From Trichoplax adhaerens (taxonomy: Eukaryota; Animalia; Placozoa): DNA of 64,000 bases. The DNA lies in NCBI RefSeq assembly GCF_000150275.1, contig NW_002060947.1:666695-730694 (forward strand). Reading direction: 5' to 3'. A program made the position numbers and the translations under genes. The stretch's first letter is position 1. Each line of letters begins with the position of its first letter. The notes beneath the pieces are model-generated. The model made no database searches. It saw only the letters and a list, made by a program, of their open reading frames with translations, and had not been told where the DNA came from. This document shows, in pieces, positions 13,701 to 26,599 of this stretch.

Positions 13701-15688
13701 TATTGGATAATAACAATGGCGTAGTAATTAAATGCCACATAATTTTAGACGGTAGACATACGAGCATATTAATTAACATTCTATTGCGCCCTTAAAAATA
13801 AGTAAAATCATCTAGCATCGACAAACCGTCAGTTATCTGTTGTTGAGATTCTGTATTATGATGATGATCATCATTAGGTATTTGTGAGCTAAAGTTAGTA
13901 TTGTCATCAAGATAATGATCATCTGGAAAAGAAATTTTTTGATCATCCTTGTCGACATTCGGCTTTTTCTGCATTGATGTTACACTACCCTATTAAATTG
14001 TAAAGATAACATAAATAGCTAAGAATAGGCTTTGGAACAATGTAGAGCTGCTAAGTATTAATCATTATTATAAGAAAGAAGTTAAGACATTATTTAAGAT
14101 AATTTAAATAGGTACAATAAAAAAACACATAAATACCTTGAATGTTTCGGTCTTAGAATTCGTCTTACTACTGGTATCGCTCAAAGCAAAATTTGAATCT
14201 AGATAATTATCATGATTTGAAGAATACTTAATAATATGAGAGTATAAGAAAGATTTACATCATACAGGTATATTAATAGACCTACCAATTCGCTTTAAAT
14301 TTATAGACATTTTTAGTTGCCCTAACTCGGTACCTTCGATATCTCGTATCGCAAATAATCTAGAGTTACATCGCCAGTAAATATTAGTACGAGTATTTTA
14401 TTTAAATAAAAATGATTTTCAACTTGCTATTCTAAGAATGTATTTTCATTAACAATATATTAAGTGAGAATAGTTCTAAAAATAGAAGGTCTAATCAGAG
14501 AAATTTCACAGCCGTATGCTACATTTGCAAGTTGTCATTTCTTTAACTAATGATAGGCATATTTATCGAAGCAACAATACGGGGGACATCTTACCCATTG
14601 ATCGGATTATTTGGAGAGATATGGTTGATATTATCAAGGCGTACTACACCGATTCTTCTCATGGATGGGCTAGAAAGAATATCCAACATGAGGTACTGCA
14701 TATCTACACATAGTGGAACCACAAATTATGAATAGCCAGGAATAAATAGGAATATCCACACCGATTGCAATTAATATATTATATCAATGATAATTCATTT
14801 GCCAAAGTCTGTAAAATAGAGATAGTCACTGTATATCCATAGGTGGGGCCTAAAGCCTACAAATTACTATTAATATCCACTTACATTGACAATCATACAG
14901 TAATAGGAAGTGTACAAGTAATTGCTTACCATTTAAATAAGTTAGCAATTGCTTTAATCCTGCCTTAACAGGATATTTTGCACATTGCTTAATGATAGCA
15001 GTTTTCTTATTTTTCGAAGGGGATGATCTAAATGAACGTGGATCATAGTCAATTTTTCAGTTTCTGTGAGAAGAAGCAGGGCTACAATATTCCAAATGGA
15101 GTTACGTAGATTACTAGAGATTTTATTGAACTGAGATAGCAGATGCAACATATCTGTACGGTTGTAGTCATTGCAGTCTGTGCCAAGTTATTATTTTACT
15201 ACTATAGTATGACTAAGACATCCTTGATAAGAGTGCAGCAATAAGATTATGACGAGATTGTAAGCTAGCTATCAGAGCCTAACATCAATAGCTAGGTCGA
15301 AGCTATTAGACATTAATTATTCATAAATAATCAGGTATCAAGATAGTCATGGCTAAAAAATCAAGCAATAAAATTTGCTTCAAGTTAACTTTTAAGCAGT
15401 TTCATCTATCTTACCGAAATAGTGCTCCTTTACCATCTTCACCCCACCATTTTACTCCTACGTAGATCGCTTCCGGAAAAGAACTTGTAGCGTAAACAAT
15501 TTCCTTGATGTCAACGGTCAACGTAAATCGAATATAACCCACTACCTTGGGTGGTAAGCTAGTGTAAACCTGAATGGGTTTGCTGTTCTCTACATTCGAT
15601 AAAGCAATTTTACGACAAGTATTAATTATACCATTAATAGACTAGAAGTTATTATCCTATTCAACTTCATAACGTAGTTTATCTCCAT
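4749..15688 (-). CDS. C2CD3: C2 domain-containing protein 3 (distal centriole/ciliogenesis factor), about 30 exons; 5' start uncertain (15570-15688); terminal exon 4749-8558
   Basis: Spliced exons give C2CD3 signatures: TSLPPKVVGYIR..VKWWGE (15415-15570), YPVKAGLKQLLTYLND, ELGQLKMSI, LESLLHRGTELRKKM, FFIEYQFPV, WGETDCFIQYHFP, FELWRRFYYPNVRDQLVAK, RRTRTVANSFAPNF, INGWYHI, and C-terminal ETKRIAKIFAS. Confidence 0.92.
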
Positions 15689-16339
15689 ATTCTACTTTTA
15701 CCAGGTACTTCGATAGTGCTATTGCGAATACTTGACATCAATTTGTATGCAATGTTGGTATCAATATTCGGCTACTTTATATGTAACAATATACAGTATA
15801 TATATTCGTATATATTACTTGATTGAAGCTTATTATAATTCTTGACTGGAGGTTAGTTATTCAATAGCTGTACGGTACAGTAAAATACACTCTGTCCTCT
15901 CATTCAATGCTACCATGACCCATAATAGAAGAAAGTGATTTTATGGCTTCTATTTTCCATGATATAGGTTAGAAGATTAATGATGTACAGTATACAATGT
16001 ACGTCGCCAATGTGATCCATTTCAATCAATTAGCCTTTCGCCATGGAGATGTTCCATTCACTATCAACTCCTACTATTGCATACAGTTGCAAAAACAGTC
16101 GTTACAACATCACTTACCCCGTTTAACCATGATTGTTGGCCGTAACTTTAACTGGAATAAATGATTTTTTCACACAATTATGATAGCATCAGATAAATAA
16201 CATTCAAGAGAAAATCACCAGGGAAGAAATAATGCTAATCATCACGAACAAGTAGAATTGCTTCTTACTAGCCAGCCATTTTTATTAGTGAACTTGGGGC
16301 AGTACGAACTATCAACAATGACGTGATTCCACGGTGCAC

Positions 16340-16745
16340 TACAGTACAATGCACTTACTGTACTGTACTGTACACTGTAGCTACTACTACAATGTACTGT
16401 AAAATGGCGATTTCACAATGATAACGGTACACTTTAATGGTGAAAGAAAAACGTTTTCAATATTTATATTACCCCCAAAAATTGCAGAAACATGCCCATG
16501 AGAGCTTACTGTTTCTAACTATTAAAAATTATCCGGATTTCGTACAAAAATGCCAGCACATACAGTACTATGCGCTGATTTATCGGTTTGGAAAAGGATC
16601 ATACAGTACTTGTACTGTTCAATAAATGTGCATATACCGTACCGTACTGTAAAGTACGTACTGAATTAGTGTTTCATTAGAGGTCTACCCAGAATTTATA
16701 GCACTGTACTGTACCATACCGTACCGCACCGTACCGTACTGTACA
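16340..16745. repeat. Low-complexity tract of degenerate ACTGT/ACCGT pentamer runs
   Basis: Runs such as tactgtactgtactgtac (~16357) and accgtaccgcaccgtaccgtactgtac (~16718), plus many tacagtac/gtactgta words. Confidence 0.6.
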
Positions 16746-16787
16746 ACAAAATTCCTCGAAAAGAAAAGAGGGCTAGAATTAAAAAGT

Positions 16788-16801
16788 TTTTGGCGCCAAA
16801 A
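16788..16801. promoter_or_regulatory. Perfect palindrome TTTTGGCGCCAAAA, E2F-type site candidate upstream of C2CD3
   Basis: A 14-bp perfect palindrome containing TTTGGCGC on both strands; function is inferred only. Confidence 0.35.
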
Positions 16802-17034
16802 CTAAGGAACTACTGTAGAGAAGAATATAATAATGTACAGTAAAATGTCAATCTGTGTCCGCTCGAGAATCGATTTGGGACATTTGAGGTATACTCAAAT
16901 CTTTAATTTTGAAAGCCCAACTCTAAGTAAAACCTATTGTAACATTTCATATTGGGTTCAATGGTTGATTACTGTAAAGAGTAGGAATCGATTCTGTGAC
17001 GGCAACCGATAGCTGAAGGAGTGTAGCACAGTCA

Positions 17035-17622
17035 CTTATCCGTCTTCGTTGCACAGTGCACACTGCACCTCCATAGGTAACGTTACTAACATGACAGTAC
17101 TGTACACTATAGCATCGACTTGCAGATCTCCATGACGATGGTCATGGACATGCACTGCAGTCATCTTTCATAGAAAAATAATAATAAAAGACTCCATTAC
17201 AGTATGCTGTAATCCATGTAATCTTTGCATATCTTATGCAACTTTTTATACTTATTCATATTTGGCAATAAAAGCTGATATTCTAATCGGTTGCACAATG
17301 CACACGTGCACCTCCATAGGTAAACGTTACTAACATGACAGCAGACTATAGCATCGACTTGCAGATCTCCATGACGATGGTCATGGACATGCACTGCAGT
17401 CATCTTTCATAGAAAAATAATAATAAAAAACTCCATTGCAGTATGCTGTAATCCATGTAATCTTTGCATTTCTTATGCAACTTTTCATACTTATTCATAG
17501 CAGTCAATAAAGCTGATAGTCTTATCCGTTTTCGTTGCACACGTGCACCTCAATAGGTAACGTTACTAACATGACAGTACACTATAGCATCGATTTGCAG
17601 ATCTCCATGACAATGGTCATGG
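17035..17622. repeat. Tandem repeat, ~240-bp unit, about 2.4 copies
   Basis: The block cgttactaacatgacag...ctatagcatcga.ttgcagatctccatgac.atggtcatgg recurs at ~17080, ~17325 and ~17561 with few substitutions or indels. Confidence 0.92.
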
Positions 17623-17699
17623 TTACTGGTATCACTGAGCTACGACATCATTCTCGATTATTTAGCTAAAATGTATTCATGAGTAATTCATGTAGCCAC

Positions 17700-18430
17700 T
17701 AAGTAAATAATTGAACTATTTTGTTAGTATCTCAGGTATACAGTTGTTAGTTATTATACACCGGCATTGTGGACTTAAATTATACTTTACAGCTTTGTTT
17801 CTTAGGATATCAGTTTATAAAGCGGAATTTAGGTATTCTTGATATAACTGGATATAAAATCCCGCAATTGATTTAAGTGCCATAATTTTTTCCATTTTTT
17901 AGGTAATTAATATGCAATGGGCTAAGTTCTCTCTATCAGAGTTCACATGTAGCCTATCTTTCGCCTTAAATATCAACCAATTACATGTATCAACATATAA
18001 ACTCTTCAGTATCGATTGTCTAGTACAATAATTGTTATTAGGCCATTTGCAACATCCTTCAATTTTACTATATCAATTTGAAATACATTATACTAACACA
18101 AGATCAGTAGTAATACGCTAAATTACAATACATTGATTCTCTGTCTGGAAATATTTATACGGTATAGTATAATACTACAAAACGATCAATTCCAATTCCT
18201 ATGAAATAAAATAATCAGCAAAATGTGTAATGAAGAGTTTTATTAACAGTTAAGAAAGAACTGGTGTTGACTTTAAGTATTCAGGCCGTAGTTATTCAAC
18301 ACAGATACACTACATATTAATCGGCCTTGATTAATGCCATTATTAGCAATCTAGGTAACGTACAACCTGAACTATATCATTTTACGATCCTACTGCTTAC
18401 AAGCTAACAGGATAATATGATTATAAATAC
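17700..18430 (-). pseudogene. Decayed class A GPCR relic (family of the two intact receptors)
   Basis: Collinear fragments: LLIMALIK (~18335, TM2), GIGIDRF (18179-18199), LLLILC* (W4.50 as TAG, ~18095), KWPN (~18040), KKLW (~17885). Multiple stops and frameshifts. Confidence 0.6.
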
Positions 18431-18479
18431 AAAGCGTGAGACGTACGCATATTGATTAATACTAAAGATTTAAGCACTA

Positions 18480-19700
18480 TTTTTCTTGTATTTAGTTTTT
18501 CCTCTATTGATTGTGAATAATATTGTATTATTTTTGGGGTGAAGGGCTTACATGAACAGAGTACTATTTATTGGCAAAAGTGAAATTCATCACATTAACA
18601 GCACTATAGATATCACTGTATAACACTGAGGTTATCATACTTTGATTATCGTATTAACTCCTAATTTAGTCGATGCAGAATTCAAATTTTGAATACTAAG
18701 TTAAAAATAGGAAATCCTTCAATTCGTCGAATATACAATTAAATGTAATTCATCGTTTCAGCCGCATCACAAGAAATCGATTCATGGGACAGACCGTGAC
18801 TTCATTACAAAGTAAAAGTGTATAATGCTGCTTCAATCACATATTACGTATATTACAGTAGGTGTTTTGCTTTCACTTATGTATAAACCAAAGCTCATCC
18901 ATAGAATGAAGGACCATAACGCTTTATTCGACTATACAGTTGCATATATTTAGATGGTACGTACTATACAGCACCAATTTTGAAGAATCAAGTAAATCAG
19001 CGGTATTTAAATTAAGTATCATGGTATAGATTTTATGCATGATAAATTTACCAGTAGTTTAATGCTACAACATCTACGACATATTCCAAAAGGAGTTTAT
19101 CAAGAGTCATCTGGTACAATCCGTCAGAAACGACAAATCTCTTAAATAAATATTTGATTGCGCTACATTAATCTGATGTCAATACACCGGTCAAGTACTG
19201 CAACGTAATTATTTCATATAATCATATCATATATTCGTTGCATATTTTCATTGTATATTAAATAAAAATTCACAATAAAATAATAACTCTCGAAGGACGG
19301 TAGAGTTCTCAGAATTTAATATTTCTTGTCGTAATTTTAGATATATGAAATGAATATTTCTTTTCTGCCAAACGATTGTTTCTGAAAGACAAACTTATCA
19401 TGTCATAGTGAAATTCATCACTTAAATTATTAATGTTACATATAAAACCTAATGTAAGAATCATAAATAATATATTTCTTTCATGCTGATATGTTTTTCA
19501 ATATGTAGCTAATCAGCTGATATTGTATGGACCCAAAAACTCAGTTTTAGTAAAATTTAGCTTGTATTAAGATATGAATTACTATCTAAACGTCAGCATA
19601 TTTAATTAAAGTTATTCTTCTTATTGCACAAATAACCTAACTAACACCAAAGGTTTTTGCTGGTAATGCGATAATAATAGCTATAAAATTCATGCTTTAA
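18480..19700 (-). pseudogene. Decayed class A GPCR relic
   Basis: IIIALP (19661-19678), VIHILI (~19575), VIILL*IFI (~19275), CST*P (~19195), SKLVL..VPSKYMQLYSRI..LW (18910-18985), MRLKR*I..CI..FLFLT (~18700-18767), NVMNFT (~18590), in the same order as the intact paralogs. Confidence 0.65.
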
Positions 19701-20279
19701 CGCTCCGACTATTAAAAATAATATAATTTTTAACTTTAAGTTTGATTGTCAAGTTGCTAAATAGTAAAGACAATGGAATAACAATATTTCGAAATAAAAA
19801 TTAATTTCATTTGCGTTCAAGCTGATTTCCCAATATTTGCTTCGACTAAGAAGCTTGAACCTATGAGTAATTTAGCAAAACATGAGAAACTATTAGCATC
19901 ATATCAATGGAATATTTACTATTTCAAATGTATTCTTGTAAATTCTAAGTTCATTTGATTAATTTTTAGTAATCGCAATCGAATACAACTGTTAGCAAGA
20001 TTTATACTATTTAGTTGGAGTAAAGAAATGAAGTATAGTATTATTGGTACGTAACACTTAAGATGTATGGAGAACACGACTGATACATATTAGAAATAGC
20101 TTAGTTAATCTATTCTGGAATTTAAATCTAAGATTACGTTACTAGGCTATACTAAGTTACAGGCACCTTCTTTATTTCTCCTTGAGTACTATTTCTGCGT
20201 TAAATTATCGGAATTAAAATTAAGAGGCTACCATGAACAGTTCAAAAAAATATGAAATTTCCGGAATTAGTAGTAAAAT

Positions 20280-21480
20280 ACGCGCTTCTGCCAACGCAAG
20301 ATCTCAAAATTTTCATATAAAATCATATTATGTAGATTAATGATTAAGAGACTAAAAGTTTTGGTTGATAACGCTGTGTTTTACAACTTGCTCTTACATG
20401 TAATTCTTAGTTCTAGAAAACATCAAGACAGATCAACTGTATTTCTATGTAATAGATAATCAGTCAAATTAGGGTCACTTTCTAGTTTAAAAACAGGAAT
20501 TAATGATATTTTACAAGCTGGCTGTGTTAATTTTGTCTAGTTATAGTAATTTAATTAAGCAACGTTTGAAATGTCATTATTTGCTTTCGAAATAATTTTA
20601 AAAGTTGTAAAAGGATGTATAAGGATATGAACCCAAATGAAAGTCTTATGATAGCAATTAGATTGCAACAGCGTCATATTAAAAATTCAGCAAACTATTG
20701 AAATAATAATCTCTTAGCTACGATACAACAAACCAATCTATAATTGCATAATATTTTGTCTATTAATTACCATAAATATTGCTAAGCATAAATGCTGGTA
20801 AATTGAAGTCTGATATTAGCTGTGCCCTTGATGATTTATATTTTCGTATATATCGGGAATTTCTACTCTAGATACTGGTAAATAGCAATAATTATCGTAT
20901 CTTTTACAGTATTTATTGTTGACTTCATGATGTGAACTGAATCTTTTAGTCTATATTTGATTCGATTTACTTTAAATATTAATAAAATTAATTAGTCAGC
21001 AAAATAATGAGGAGTCTCAATTTAAAAAATAATGTTTAGCATTCTTATCATAAACTGCTTTATATCACTACACCTTTGCAGTCAGAATCTACTATGAACT
21101 TACTGATAATACAGCAATAATGAAGAGTGCCAAGTAACATATATATTAATTTGCATTCACATTATCAGAAAAAACTTAAATGAATATTCAAATTTTTGAC
21201 AAATTTATTATATGACTTCATGTTACATACATCCTAATGAATAATGTTAGATGTCATAACATATAATTAATAAGCCATATGTTTGTAAATATACCTAAAA
21301 TTACGTTATATGCAAAATTTACCTATACAATCATCATAATCATAACGAAAGGAATGCAAATATCTATCAAAGATACCTGAAATTCTCATATACATAATTA
21401 TCTTGAATATTGTAAATTAAGTTTAATATAATGTTACTCAGCAGAAACGTAACAATTGCCTGAAGAATTATGATAGCATT
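20280..21480 (-). pseudogene. Decayed class A GPCR relic
   Basis: SGN..*VTL (~21430-21463), ISGIF (~21375), TWHSS (~21130), FNLPAFMLSNIYG (20769-20807), HFKRCLIK (~20550-20573), NMILY (~20320). Confidence 0.6.
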
Positions 21481-21928
21481 AAAGTATTTTTTGCTAATTT
21501 GAGTAAATAAGAAGTTCTATTCCTCCTTTACATACGTTGCCATAACAGTGTACAGCCTACAAATATAAAATCTGCGAAGCTAAATATCCAAGAATTTATA
21601 ATTGCATATTTATTAATTTAATTAATTGAATTTGTCATTAATTAGATTAAATTTCACTATGTAGAGAGTTTATTAGTTTATTCCTGCTATACTCGTAGCT
21701 ATAGCAATTTAGGCTGTAATATTAGTAATAATATAGACTGTGTATCACGTGAAAAATTATTTTCAAGTGATAGCTTATTTCTTTCTTAAAGTATACTAAG
21801 TCATATGGCGCTAGTATTATTACCGCTGACCACTTTAGGTTCACTTTAAGGTATCATTTTATAAAATGATTTACAAAATTTGATTGCACAAGTTCTATAA
21901 CGCATGTACTATATGCATCATTCTACAT

Positions 21929-23125
21929 TTATAAGTTGGAACTATCAGCTACGAGTTGGACTCTGGTCGATCTAAAATTTTTTCCGCTTCCATTCAACCA
22001 TCTTGGAGCATTTTTTCTAAAATTCTTGTTGAAATAGCCGTAAATAATGGCATTATAAGCAATGCATGTGTAATTTAAGATAATTAGTACATTAATTACA
22101 ATTTTTAAAAGATTTTCGTCTCTAATTAATATAATTTGAAAATCAAGTAGTACGAATACACAATAATATGGCAAGTTAGTAGTGATGAACAAAGCTAAGC
22201 AGGCAATAAATATTTTTATAACTCTCTTTTTCAGATGGAAGCTTCGGCTAGTTGGAGTTAATGTGTCTTTTCGAGAACTTTTATTAGTTAAGCTAATTCT
22301 AGGTTGATCAGATTTTCTGGACGAAGATTTAGTCCAACCTTGACCTGGTGTAGTTTTCCAAAGTTTATTAGCAATGATGGCATATAATACAGTCATTACA
22401 GTTGCTGGAATCAGAAAAACGATAAATATAAATAAAAGCCAGATAATTATCTTTGAATAAGGTATATAGAATATCCTTTGCTCTACTGTAATATTTACAA
22501 TAATATCGAGTCCTTGATCAGTAGGCCACAATGGTGCACATACAGTACGTCCGTCATAATATCGATATATAACCAAAAAGGAAGTATAAGGTATCCAGAA
22601 CAGAATAGAGACTATCCAACAAAGAGGAATAACGACATAGACTTTTCTTGCTGTTAATTTAAGATTAGGTCGTGTGGGATGAACTATTGTATTGTAGCGA
22701 TCGATGCAGATTGTCGTCAATGTGAAAGAGATTGAAGTAATACAGGATCCTGGCACAATTTGTGCCATTCTGCATATACAAATATTGAATGGATAGATCC
22801 AAAGAGGATAGAATAATTCATGAACTTTAATTGGCATCCTGAAAGTAGCAATTAATAGTCCAGAAATTGCTAAATTACACACGAGTAAGTGGACTGGTGA
22901 TCGCATCTTCTTGTTTGCTAGTGTTATCCATAATATGAGAATATTTCCTGGAATTGCAATAGCCATCAATAAGACGTATAATATGCCGATAGCCAACGAA
23001 ACTTGTTGTATGTATAACATTTTATGACTGACATTTATTAAGTCTGTCGTATTTTTCAATAGGTTCCAACTATTTAAGTAGGTAATGTTGATAGTTGCAT
23101 TCATACTTTCTGATCGCATGGTCAT
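21929..23125 (-). CDS. Single-exon rhodopsin-family (class A) GPCR, peptide-receptor-like, 398 aa
   Basis: Seven hydrophobic segments, N-terminal sequons, PGN (TM1), C3.25, IDRY, W4.50, ECL2 Cys (TVCAPLWP), P5.50/Y5.58, NAIIY-GYFNKNFR (helix 8). Confidence 0.93.
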   Translation of the reverse strand: MTMRSESMNATINITYLNSWNLLKNTTDLINVSHKMLYIQQVSLAIGILYVLLMAIAIPGNILILWITLANKKMRSPVHLLVCNLAISGLLIATFRMPIKVHELFYPLWIYPFNICICRMAQIVPGSCITSISFTLTTICIDRYNTIVHPTRPNLKLTARKVYVVIPLCWIVSILFWIPYTSFLVIYRYYDGRTVCAPLWPTDQGLDIIVNITVEQRIFYIPYSKIIIWLLFIFIVFLIPATVMTVLYAIIANKLWKTTPGQGWTKSSSRKSDQPRISLTNKSSRKDTLTPTSRSFHLKKRVIKIFIACLALFITTNLPYYCVFVLLDFQIILIRDENLLKIVINVLIILNYTCIAYNAIIYGYFNKNFRKNAPRWLNGSGKNFRSTRVQLVADSSNL

Positions 23126-23759
23126 GGCAATACCAGTGTTATAAGTAAATAAGCAGCAAAAAAATACAAAATGCTAGATGGAAGAACTACAAAAATGGTA
23201 GAAATAAAATATGGAATAATTTCGAATAAGTTATAGTATGCTTTGTTATCACAGCTTTGAAATCTAAATTATTAGCAGTGATTATTCGTAACAGAATCCA
23301 TACTTGATTGATGTTAAATGGAATACGGCAGATAAGTTACGAAAGTCACAATACGCAAATATACAATATTAGAAATCAAATAAAGATATTTAAACACTCT
23401 CTGCCTTAAACATATACATATTTATATCTAACGTAAAGATTTTACTTTCCAATTAATACCGTAGCAAATTTTCGTTAAGTAGATAGCAATTTATTTAAAG
23501 TAATAACGTTGCATACAATATTAGACATCCGAATCTATGTCGTTGTTTAAAGGCTGCAAGAAATTGAAATAAAACAGTATTATCCTCTCTCCACGTAATA
23601 TAACTACTGCTGTATTAAGAATTTAGTTTATAAAATTGATATTATTTACTTGTGTGAAAACTAGTAAGTTTACCAAAAATGATTACGAGTCTTTAATTCA
23701 TCTTCTATTTATCTTAAAGTTCTAACATGAAAACAAAATATTTTTCAATGCAGTCTACT

Positions 23760-25000
23760 TATTATTATAAATTACATATACCAGTCTAAGTTATAGCATT
23801 ATAGTATTGTTTTTATCGAATTAGTAACTTATACTACAATTGGCGAAACATGAATCTTAATTAAGCTCATTACGTTCAATAATTAATCGAAATTGTTACA
23901 GTTCTTATTATATTAAATATAATTTTCAATCTACGCTAATTAAATATTTGATCATTTTTTAGTGATTCAGGAAGGAAATATGAATTCAACGTCGGTACGT
24001 GATATCTGCTATTGATATATTAAGATTGCAATTAAAATTACAACATCATAACTTAAGCTTTGTAATTGTATGCGAAAAGTTAGGAATAGCTAATAATTAT
24101 GTGCCTGATGAATGTACGGTGATGCTTTTCCGGTAAATATTCATTGTAATATCATCACAATAATCTAAATCAAAATAAGCCAGTATTCAGATAAGCACAG
24201 ACTCTAGTTTAAAATGTTTCATAGTTCACTAGGTAATTTTATAAACTTAAAAATTTTTGTTTATTGCTATACGTATTCAATGCACCTGATATTTCTATAA
24301 TCAAATTTAAGGCTATATTGCTAGATAGATGAAAATATGTCTGGAAAATACCAATTTTTGATAACTTGCTAATACTGATATGCAATTTATGCTATTTATG
24401 TTTTATGTATTGAAATTAGCTAACATGGCCATAGAAGTTAAGAATAAATCTAGTTATCATAGTTCCTTTGCTTTGCAATATGTAAATGTAAATGGTGAAT
24501 ATCTTCATACTGCATTAGACTTATAACAAGTATTAATCCTTTATATCTGAAAATTTAAAAAACTATTTCTTCGAGATATAGTGTTTTTAGAAGTATCTTT
24601 TACTATAAAATGGCTGGCGAAGAAAATAAGTAAGTTTTGATTTATAATTTCTAACTAACTAATTAAATTTATAAACAACAGTTCACAGCAGTTCGATTTT
24701 CTAATTAGCTTAGAAGATGTTTTGAACATAAGCAATTATAACGATCGATGAGTTTGGGTGTTATTGCTTGTTTATTATATGCAATGATAGTTCTCTAGGA
24801 GATTAAGCAATAAAACACTATAATTGAGAGTTTCTTACGTAGCTTACATTGTATTTCGTATGTTTCATGTAATTAAATTATATCGCAGACAAAATTATCG
24901 CGATTTTAAGCGATATTTCGGTTGCCATAATTTTTAGTTGTGTTTGATTTTTATAAAATTACCGTGAGTGATATTAAAAGTAATGCATATGAAATGTATC
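23760..25000 (-). pseudogene. Decayed class A GPCR relic
   Basis: YALLLISL-GNF (~24955-24990), IDRYN (24735-24749), YQKLV (~24355), KLKL* (~24055), YNAI (23792-23803). Confidence 0.65.
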
Positions 25001-25149
25001 TTGCATAGGGGGTGGAAATTAAAGTACTTAGAACATCTAAATTAATATCGATAAAACTCACCTATTGATTACTGAATTTTATAAGGTATAGTTCGTGACT
25101 TATATTTATGCCTAATAATGTACAATTGTACACTATTCAATATTTGTAT

Positions 25150-26450
25150 GAGATTTTAATTATATCATAATAGTAAGATAATGTTAGAATAAGGCACAGT
25201 GTTACTTTTTCTAGTCAGAATTTGCTTACTAAAATATTGACGTTAAATTTAGCAATATTAGGCTTAGATTCATCGTCCATACTGGATATTTACAGTACCA
25301 GACAGTGCTAGATCCGATCTTTTATGAACCTTGACTCTTACTACACAATTATGCATGATCGGGTGTCGTAATATCATGTATCGCAGTCTCTATAAATGTA
25401 AGACGTACCAATATTCGTTGTTAGTAAATAAGTACATTTATAAGTACTTAGAAGTAGAAATAAGTAGAATTCACGAAAGATGTTAATTACATTGATATTA
25501 TTAGAAAAATTCGGTATAATTACGTATGATAATATAGAAATGATTGACGGAGCCACCTAAAGCGCTGATAGCAATGATCTTAATGAATGTTAAAAAACTA
25601 CTGTGGATGACACCTTCTAGAATTAATGTAGTGAGACGGCGTCAAATACAGTTATCATCTACATTTATAATACACTTACTATTCTTTAGACTGATTAACT
25701 AATATTCATTATATTTTAGAATAAGGAAATATTTTATTGAATTTAATTGATATTATACTCAGTTCTAACCTAGCAGTGGTTTCTATAATTTATAATCATT
25801 CAAACAGTTTGACATCATATGGTATTTGGAATGGTTTAGATAATGGCAAGTATATAAATTTAATTCTTTTTAGCTAAATAATATGATCTATTCGTCAGAT
25901 ACTGCTGTCACTTTTTGAGTATACGCTTATGTGCTTTCCATCCATTACTAAGATGGACTAAACCCCAATATCAAGCACTACTCGACGTAACTTGATCAAG
26001 TAGGTTCTGTCGCAGTAAAAATGTATACATTTCAGATTATTAATATCATATTTTTACCATTCTGTAAGTGCTTCCGTAATTAGCTTCTAGAATCTGCAAC
26101 CTCTTGATAATATGGTGTAGTTATTCAAAACAATGATAATTGCATTGATCTACTACCTTCAAATGATATCATCCGTGAGTATATCAATCTTTTATATTCA
26201 ATCCGTACTTTCACAATCTAGAATTCTTCATTTTTCAGTATGATAGAGCAGATATTTAAGATCCTTACGAAAATCTTTACCTATTCATTGCATTTAGGTT
26301 GGGTAATTTACTAAACCGTCTGTATCTTAGCGGCGCCTAGCTATTGGAGCACTATAATATAAAAGCGGTAAATTAAGCATTAGTAATTCAGATTTTTGTA
26401 ACTGTTTCCTAAGGAGGTTGCTGGAAGTAAATCATAACGTGGACGTTCCC
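25150..26450 (-). pseudogene. Decayed class A GPCR relic
   Basis: GN..*IT (~26385-26409), PYSKI identical to the intact receptor (25712-25726), LLTTN (~25420). Confidence 0.45.
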
Positions 26451-26599
26451 TTGACATTTTCTCTCAGAACAATAGTAAGTACTGACGAACTCCCATCGTA
26501 AAGTGGCCAAAGGAACTAAATGTTTTTCCTAGACAAATTACGAACTTAATGTAAAAAATTTCAGCTATTTAGTCGTTTACTGTAGCAGAGTCTACATAA

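Noticed and set aside
17035-17622. CRISPR-like array
   Set aside because: Whole ~240-bp units repeat with no unique spacers, and the context is eukaryotic with no cas genes.
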